Shown here: piece by piece, positions 54,230-64,000 of the stretch | How positions within the stretch are numbered: the stretch's first letter is position 1 | How the letters are laid out: each line of letters starts with the position of its first letter | Source of the DNA: the human T2T-CHM13v2.0 reference genome, Homo sapiens | DNA length: 64,000 nt | Assembly: GCF_009914755.1 (NCBI RefSeq) | Contig: NC_060926.1 | Strand: one strand, 5' to 3' | Program-made: the position numbers and the translations under genes | The notes under the pieces: generated by a model | What the model was told of the DNA's origin: nothing | What the model saw: only the letters and a program-made list of their open reading frames with translations | The model's database searches: none

Positions 54230-55751
54230 CTTTAAAAAAAGACATTGGTTTAGATTTTTCTACTATGTAAGCAATTACTTCCTATCAATGCAAAGCCTTC
54301 CTAAACAAATTTGGTTTACACTATACTGCTACTAAACACTTCACACCTCACTGATAATACAGGAAGGTAGACTCACTTACCTGGGAACCAGGGACCTGAG
54401 CCCATGCACTCAATAGCTGCTGGTGCCCAGTCACTAGCCCAAGTTCCATACTCAGAGACCATCATGAATGGGCCAGTAGCATGCTCCAGATTGGGGAAAC
54501 AATTTCCTGGGCTGTCTTTAACTCAAGTATGATTCCCTGTGGCAGTTTGAGCCCCAAGACCCACCTGATTAAACCAGAAGGAAGTCTTATCACAGACAAC
54601 CAACCATCATTTTATAAATTCATTCTTTAGTTTGGAATACAAAACCGGGCCTTGACAAAAAAGGAAAAGTAAAAATTGCTATTTTCCATTCACTAACCCC
54701 CAATGCTTTGGGTAATTTGCGTGAAAAATAAATATAATAAATACATGTTCTTTAAGCGAGGAGGACTTGTGTAAATGTAGAGAAGGGAAAAGACTTATTT
54801 TTTCCAGATTTTTTGAGCATGAACAAACTGTACTCTATTAGTTACTGCATATTTTTCAGAGCCAGAAAAGTCTCCATAGATGTCAAACATTATCTATCTC
54901 ATTTCCAGATGAACCCAGTTCTCCCTCAAGGGTGGGAGCTCAGGGTATCAGGCTGTCAGTGGCCCCAGGAGGTGCCCTTCTGCAGCTGTGAGCCAGGCTT
55001 GCTGCTGGACTCTACTTACCTCAGGCTGACCTGATGCCCCAACCCACGTTCTTCTTCCATTGAAGTGACACTAGACTTCCCTCCATCTAAGAGCAACCTG
55101 GCCTGGAGGAAGAATCCCTCAGAGGCCAAGCTCTCTGGGTCAAGGAGAGGGAGACCCACCTGAGTCCTTTCCAGCTTGCAATGCATGAAGCATTTCCCAC
55201 TTTTCTAAAACTCTGAAATCAAATTCTTAATAGAGTTAATTAGAACCCATGCTTTTAATTCGTTTTGGGAAACAGAAATCTTAAAGATTCAAGGATCCTA
55301 GATGAAAAATGCCTTCCTGCATCTGGAGTTAGAGAGAGAGGGTGATCTTTGTATTTTTCAGGGAAAATAGTTTTTACTCTCAATCATTGACTTCTCCCTA
55401 CTTTATGTGCTCAGAGACCAGCCAATGCCAGAAATGTGGAAAGTCCCTTCAGGTGGTAAAACATTTGAGATACAAACTTTCCGTTCACATCCAATGTAAA
55501 AACAAATCATTTTCAAGCCAATTCCAAGATACCAAACCCAAGTTTTAATAAAAATAGGTCATCTCTCACTGGATAAAGAGTATCTGAAAAGGTCTATAAA
55601 TCCTAGAACTATCCTATCTGACTATCCTATAATAAATGGCTTAGCTACCTTAAGAACATATCTAAGCTCTATGTCAGTGCCTGATGTCTAAGATCTAAAA
55701 TCAAAGAATGATATTCCTTTTTACAAAATCAAGGACGTTTCTGGCTCTTAC

Positions 55752-55842
55752 CTGCTTGCTGCTGCTGGGCATGAGTTGTAGGAAAGCCTGAGAGAAAGAG
55801 GCAAAAGACGGCCACTAAGGGCAAGTGCCGATGTTTCCTCAT
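55752..55842 (-). CDS. COL6A3: Exon 2 coding part: start codon and signal peptide (exon extends to 55872 with 30 nt of 5'UTR)
   Basis: ATG at 55842-55840 (A at -3); [30 protein letters not shown]; donor G|GTAAGA; AG acceptor at 55873-55874; 91 coding nt. Confidence 0.97.
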
Positions 55843-56029
55843 TTTGAATTTGTCTAAGCACCAAATATGAACCTAAAAGAGAAAACAGGGCAAAGGGAAT
55901 GATCAGTTTTTGACTCTCATTATGCAAAATCTCTCAAAATCCCATGCTTTCTACGTCCTTTTTAGACTTCCAAGAAGACTTTGTATCTGATTCATTCTTT
56001 GAACCAGCAGCAAAAGGATGGATGATAGA

Positions 56030-56042
56030 CAGTTAGATAGAT

Positions 56043-56086
<44 letters not shown>
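56030..56086. repeat. (GATA)n tetranucleotide STR
   Basis: About 10 consecutive GATA/TAGA units. Confidence 0.95.
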
Positions 56087-56087
<1 letters not shown>

Positions 56088-56129
56088 AAATCTATACAGA
56101 TACATACATGCGCACATATATGCATATAT

Positions 56130-56575
56130 AAAAGGAAGGAAGGAGGGAGGGAGGGAAGGAAGGAAGGAGAAGGGAAGGGAAGAGAAGGGAAGGGAAGGGA
56201 GAAGAGAAGGAAGGTAAGGGAAGGGAAGGAAGGAAGAAGTGAAAGAAGGGAAGGAAGGAAGAAGTGAAGGAAGGGAAGGGAAGGAAGGAAGAAGTGAAAG
56301 AAGGGAAGGAAGGAAGAAGTGAAGGAAGGAAAGGAAGGGAAAGAAAGGAAGGCGAGAGGGAGGGAAGGAGGGAAGGAAGGAAGGATGGAAGGAAGGAAGG
56401 AGAAGAAGAGAAAGAAGCAGAAGAAAAACAAAGAGGAGAGAAGGAAAGAAAGAAAGAGAGAAGGAAAGAAAGAAAGAGAGAAAGAAAGAGAGAGAGGGAG
56501 GGAGGGAGGGAGAGAGGGAAGGAGGGAGGGAGGAAGGGAGGAGGCAAGGTGGGAAGGTGGGAGGAAGGTAAAGAA
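56130..56575. repeat. ~445-bp GA-rich polypurine tract (GGAA/GAAA/GGGA)n
   Basis: Almost exclusively A/G, with recurring gaagggaaggaaggaagaagtgaa units. Confidence 0.95.
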
Positions 56576-57640
56576 TAGGTAAGTGAGAAGTGAATAGGCA
56601 GAGCTCTCTGTCTAAAGGGACCTCAGACCTCTTCTTGTTAGCAGAACATAGGTCACCTGTAATGGCACTGCTCACTCTCCTCTCTGGACATTCTTAAACA
56701 TAGTTCAAAGAACACAATTACATTTTTAGAAAATAGGCATTCATAGTAGTTTCTCCACAATCTGAAAATATTCTCTTTCTTTTTCAAATTACTAATGAAT
56801 GAAAAATTTATCCATTATGAAAGATAGTTTTGATTAAACATATAAATGAGAATTTTTGAATCTAGTGACTATTACTTTGGCCACAGCTAAAAAGCTATGC
56901 AATTAAACCTTCTTTTCCTCCCTAAGTGATGTACGCAGCAATTTGGAAATAGCATATTCCTAAGCAAAGAGCAGAATGGAAATGGGTCAGGAGTAAAAGC
57001 ACTCATAGGCACAAGGCATCAGGTTTTGACACCCAGCTTAAGTTTGTAAGTCATGTTTAAAAGAACCTCAGAGGAAAGTTTCAGTTTATGGAGAGAACGG
57101 GCTTTGCCCAAATTACACCAAATGCAACCCAACCACAGCAGCTGGGACCATGTCAAGCCTTGTCCATATTCTCTATTAATATTTAGCACTTTTCCTCCAA
57201 GGAAAATCTGCCATATGCCAACCTCCAATCTCACAGTGGAATGAGCCTGGGGTGATTTAATTAGTAAGACTGTGAAGCCAGACCTGGAGGCTAACTGCCC
57301 TGATGCAGAGTCTCCCATACCCACGCGCCTCTGGGGGCCGCACACATGATGCCCCACCAGCCAAGTTCACATTCACTTCAGCTCAGTAGCGTGCGCCATC
57401 AGACCTTTCCCCTGCCAACACCTTTTCTTCCTACCACAAGATCTTGTGACAGCCTCTTCACTCTCCAATCTCCAATCTAAGAGATCAGCTTGGGGGCTGG
57501 GGTCTCCCTTAAGACCCCTCCAGAGAGCTAGGGTCTTTCTGTCTAGGCTGAAGTCCCCTTGCCAGGACAGCATCTTTTTTCTCCTCTCCTTAATGCAGGA
57601 TTCTGGTTTCCTTTAACTTTTTCTTAGACCACAGACGGGG

Positions 57641-57755
57641 CTGCCCACAGGACCCTGTGCTCTGAAGGGCCCCATGCTCAGTTTGATGCTTTGATGTTGC
57701 TATCTTGGAATTCTTAAAACATTTGAACGAGAAGCTCATTTTCATTTTGCAATGA
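57641..57755 (+). mobile_element. MER91-like DNA transposon fragment
   Basis: cacaggaccctgtgctctgaagggcccc...tcttggaattcttaa...ttttcattttgca. Confidence 0.65.
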
Positions 57756-58259
57756 TGTGCATGTCAGTGACTCTTCTTACCCAGACTGGCCAGGGGTTCC
57801 CCAGTTAGGAGCTCTCTGGTCAGGGGTTCCCTTTTCAGAGGTTTGGGTAACAGTACTGGGGAACAAGGCCATTGGCGACACAGGTAGGCTAGGATGTTAT
57901 TAAACCGCTGTTTTGGGTGCCATGTTATCAAAAGTTATTCAGCATCTACTATGTGATCATTGCAGTTTTTCATAATTTTTCATAATGTGTGTTATTTATC
58001 TTTACATTATCCTTAGAGGTAGATGCTGATCCTCATGCTTACAGGAAAAAATGGGGGTGCAGAGAATAAGTGGCCAAGGTGCACAACTATTCAGACACCT
58101 TGGTGCTCAATAGCACCTGCCACACTGAGGGTTCATAAGATGAGAGGATAAGAAGAACATTTTTATTTCTCCATGAAAACCCCACGATTCCATAGCAACT
58201 TTTCAATCAAGTTCACCAGCCTGAATTTGGGCTTTTTAGGAATCAGAAAAGGAGCCAGA

Positions 58260-58450
58260 GATGTTGGGGAAAGACAAGGTGCTTGGAATCAGATAAATCT
58301 GGATCCTGGATCCACCATACCCTACCTCAGGCAGGTGGTATACTTGCTCAAAGCCTCCATTTCCTCCTCTATAACACAGAACAATGATAGCCATGCCTCT
58401 CTTCCAGCCCTCTGTGAGGAGCATGTGGTAGCCTGTTTGGTAAATGCCTG
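58260..58450 (+). mobile_element. MIR
   Basis: ggaatcagataaatctggatcctggatccacc...aagcctccatttcctcctctataa...ggtaaatg. Confidence 0.6.
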
Positions 58451-58508
58451 ACGCGGAATGGATGGTAAGTGAACTCTAACTACCATTCTCCAGCAACGTT
58501 TCATTCAT

Positions 58509-58607
58509 CAGCATTTCCCAAAGCACATTTCATGGAACACCCATTCCATTCGATGTTCTAAGGGGAAAAACAGGCATTCCATGAGCAACGCAGTTTGGAA
58601 AGTGCTG
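58509..58607. mobile_element. Short hAT-Charlie-type MITE relic
   Basis: Terminal inverted repeats CAGCATTTCCCAAA ... TTTGGAAAGTGCTG. Confidence 0.55.
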
Positions 58608-59489
58608 AATACCAAGCCTCCTTCTGGAACAGTTACAATATACCTTAATATATAGCAGTTCTGAAAAATAAAGTAAAGAAACCTGCTGTACTTGATTTAA
58701 CCCAGAATTCCCCAAACACATTTCATGGGCTATTCCTCTCCATGTCTAATTTTGCTAAGCTCTTACTCCTCTGAAGCAGCAACCAAAGGCATCTCCACCT
58801 GCCCAGGCCTCCACTGAGCCCAGATCACTGGGTTTGCAAATATCTGCTCTCTCGGACTCCATTAACTGTAAGTGGGACCCATGTCCCTTGATGGTGGAGC
58901 TCACTGCCTCCCTGTGACCAAGTGAGAGAATTAGAATGGGTAGACGACTGACATTTCCCCGGAGAAGCCCAGGGGAAGGACCAGACTCAATCTCATTATC
59001 AGCATGAACTTTCATGACACTAGTTAATATTGTCATTTTTTCTTATATTGAGTTTCAGGAAGAATTATTTGATATTGGAAATGATATAGTGTAGACTACA
59101 GTTAAATTAGAAATTCCATTTGACTTAAGAAACTGAAATACATATAATCTAGGGAGATTGAGTTTTCATCATCATTTCACTGTTAGGGTTTGAAGGTTAA
59201 AAAGAAGTCTGTTTCACAGATTACAGCATGTAAAGGCATTCAGCATCAGTGTGAATGAAAATCAAAAACATCTTTCTGGGTATCAAGTATATGTCAGATT
59301 TTGAAATGTGACTTTTTTCATCTTATAATTCTAAAACTCCAAATGCTTACAGATTGGTTTTATATCCCCTGCATCAGGAATAATTTGGCAATTCCCTGAA
59401 GAAAGCAAGGGGAAATGAGAGCAAATCAGGCACGTGAAATTGTTTATACAAGACTTTGGAAAGACTGACAAGACTACATGAGATCTGTA

Positions 59490-61430
<1,941 letters not shown>

Positions 61431-63224
61431 TAGAAATGAGGACAGGAAATATCATTTGCCAGGTTTTAAAAGCATGGGTAACTACCCCTAAAATGTAGCC
61501 ATCAATTTAACAGGAATGATGTAAGTGCAGCATCTCTTTTTTGAGGTGTGATAGAGTTTAAGAGCTACTAGGAAAAAACAGTACAACTAAACATCCTAAA
61601 GTGTGTCTACATGCCGCTGTATTCAAATAACACAATGTTTGCCCTTACTTCTAAATAAGATTTGGAAAGAAATAAGAAAAGAGTATATGTCATGCAAAAT
61701 GTTAGGGTTTGGCAAAGAAGATCAGAGTCTCATGAAAGTGGGAAAGAATCTAATATGAACATTCAGACCTGGTGCAAACATGGCTTCTGCCTTGACTAGT
61801 ATCCTCTGAGCTTTGGAATCGGCTCCACCCAAGGCCTGAGCTTTTGTATCTCTATCTTAATCTTCCTCTCTCCACAGGTGCCCCCATGGGCTCTGCAAGT
61901 CTTCATGGTTGTCTGTTGTGTAGCACAGGAATTCCATTTTCCCCATACAGCTAATGAAATCAGGGATGAGGATGATCTAATGTTCTCAGCCTTGCCACCT
62001 GAAGATTGATAGCAGAGGAGAGTCTGTCCGGCTGATGAGTGATGTAACTTTGCCATGAATGGAGCAGCAGACTAGTGTCCAGATGGACCACTTAGCAAAG
62101 GTACAGGGAGAGCCACAGAGAGTGATTGAGGCTGCCAGTCAAGGACAGGAGCTAAGTGGGTGCAAAGGAAACCTGAAGCTCAGTCCCGTGGATTTGCCGT
62201 GAAATTCCTCCTGCCTGAGGTCAGGCCCAGAGGGAGAAGCTGGAGTCCAAATCTTGCGGCCCAGCTATGAGGAAGACGGAACACAGTGTGGGCCCTAGGC
62301 CTGACCCGCCAAAAATTGGTGAGATGGAGACAGATGAAGCCACAAACAAGGGAATGAACACCAGGACCCATGTGGCTTTGGATTTCCAAAGAAAGTCAAC
62401 AAAAAGTACCACCTGTGATGAAACAAATGTACCCTGTGATTCAGATTCTGAGAACTTGAAGCCATGATCTCAGCAGCTAAAATAGAACCACCTGTCAATA
62501 CAGCAGTCTCTTGGAAATGCATCAACAGTGAGAAAGGAATGCTGTTCTAATGATGCTCAGGAGGCCAGTTATCAACAGAACAGATATTTTTCTGCAACAA
62601 AGTGACAGCAATGAGTGGTGATAGCGGCAGTATTGCAAAAGCTCAGCCCGATTTTTTTTGCCTTGCAATGGTCACTGCCTTTTGGACATGGATATATGTT
62701 AACACAATGTAGAAGAGCAGTCTCCAGTGCTTGTGCTGTGGTTTGATAATGCTCCCAAGCTTTAGCCCGGTCGCAGCACAGCAGGGCTCAGGGACCCCCG
62801 ACAGGCTGGACTGCCTGTTCTCCTCCCTCCACTTAGGTTGACCCTACCCCCACCGTGCCACAGCCCCAACTTTGCCCCTTCACTCTCTAGGAATCCCTCA
62901 AGCCCATGCAACCCTGGGAACCTTCCAGACTTTTCCACCAAGCTCTACCTTTCTTCCCTACAGTCTGTTAGACCCATTCCTGAGTGTTTCTTCAAATAAA
63001 AAAAAAAAGCAATTGCAATATCTAATTTTTTGTATGACCTCAATTAAATAATGATATACACTTCAGAATAATATAAAAGTACATTTTATATGTGCTATTC
63101 TTGATTCGTTCTATCAAGCTTGAGCGTCAATTTTTTTTTAGCAAAGGTAAGCTTCCTGCTAGATTCTTTCTAAGAAAATGGCCTGTTCTTTCCAAAACAA
63201 CCTGTATTATTGTAACTGGTCCAG

Positions 63225-63400
63225 ATCAATGTTTTAATACGGGATCAACAGATTCAAAGAGTCTATGATCCTCCCACAGTTGAGTGCAAAATTGCATCTA
63301 TGGATGAGGGTTTTTCTGGAGATAAGGGTCCATGTTTGTATGTGATTCTAAAAGGCAGTTGTGCCACTCCTCACCCCCCAAAAGTTTAAGCATCACTGCT
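63225..63400. mobile_element. Ancient hAT-type DNA transposon remnant
   Basis: ctggagataagggtccatg...gattctaaaagg...aaaagtttaagcatcactg resembles a Charlie/MER terminal segment. Confidence 0.45.
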
Positions 63401-64000
63401 TCAATTAAAAATTTTAATGCAAATCTTCTGGAAGATCCAGTTCGATTACTTTAAATGTTTAATCCATGTTCAAGAGGCATGATTTTAAGTGGTATTTTTG
63501 TTTGTGAATGAGAACACAAGAGTATTATAGAGGCTCTTTGTAAAGCATTCGGCTTTGTAATCCAGGTGGAAAAAATAGGACATGATAAGATGAGAGCTGT
63601 CTCCTCACTGTTGAGTCTGGGATGGGAAGAGCTGCAGACACCTGTGCAGGGAGCATTGACAAAGAGCACAAGTGAATTATGCCTTGAGCAGGTTTTGCTA
63701 ATGGTTTTCTTAATCATTCCCATACCTCACACAGTGAAAGCCTTTGAATCCACTGATTCTGTCACATATAAAGCATTGAGTGGGCTCACTCTGGAGCAAT
63801 TCCAAAATTACATTTCTCATCTTCCAGAGTGCTCAATACAATCTAAATAGTTACAAAATAAAATCCGGGAAGTCTAAGACATCACTCACTTACTTCAACC
63901 ATTCTGAGTAAAATGAACTTTTAGTTCATTGAAAATCATATGTAAAGATTTTTATTTTCAAGATGTGAATCTTTGGAGGAGTAGCCCCCTCAGTGGAGAT

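Noticed and set aside
55992-56675. ORFs of 87-227 aa rich in S/L/P/F or E/G/R/K
   Set aside because: Translation of the GA-rich simple repeat

Overview
This window is human-type (Alu-containing) genomic DNA lying entirely within COL6A3 (collagen VI alpha-3 chain), which is transcribed on the minus strand. I traced 37 coding exons by hand from GT/AG boundaries and reading frame; exon numbers follow the conventional 44-exon model as I recall it. They run from the ATG/signal-peptide exon 2 ([30 protein letters not shown]) through nine ~600-bp symmetric phase-1 vWA exons (N10-N2), the split N1 domain, a 336-residue Gly-X-Y triple helix (exons 15-33), three tiny junction exons including a 12-nt microexon, vWA C1, and the start of C2. 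Exon 1/promoter and the 3' end lie outside the window. The introns hold Alus, L1, L2, MIR, MER4/MLT1 LTRs, DNA-transposon relics and simple repeats. I see no evidence of a wholly new biological system. The strongest second-look items are RNA-processing signals: an intronic stop plus poly(A)-signal cluster after exon 9 that would give a helix-less secreted vWA protein, inverted Alu pairs around frame-preserving exons (circRNA/editing), rare AAG acceptors on exons 3 and 4, and unused consensus donors in intron 2.
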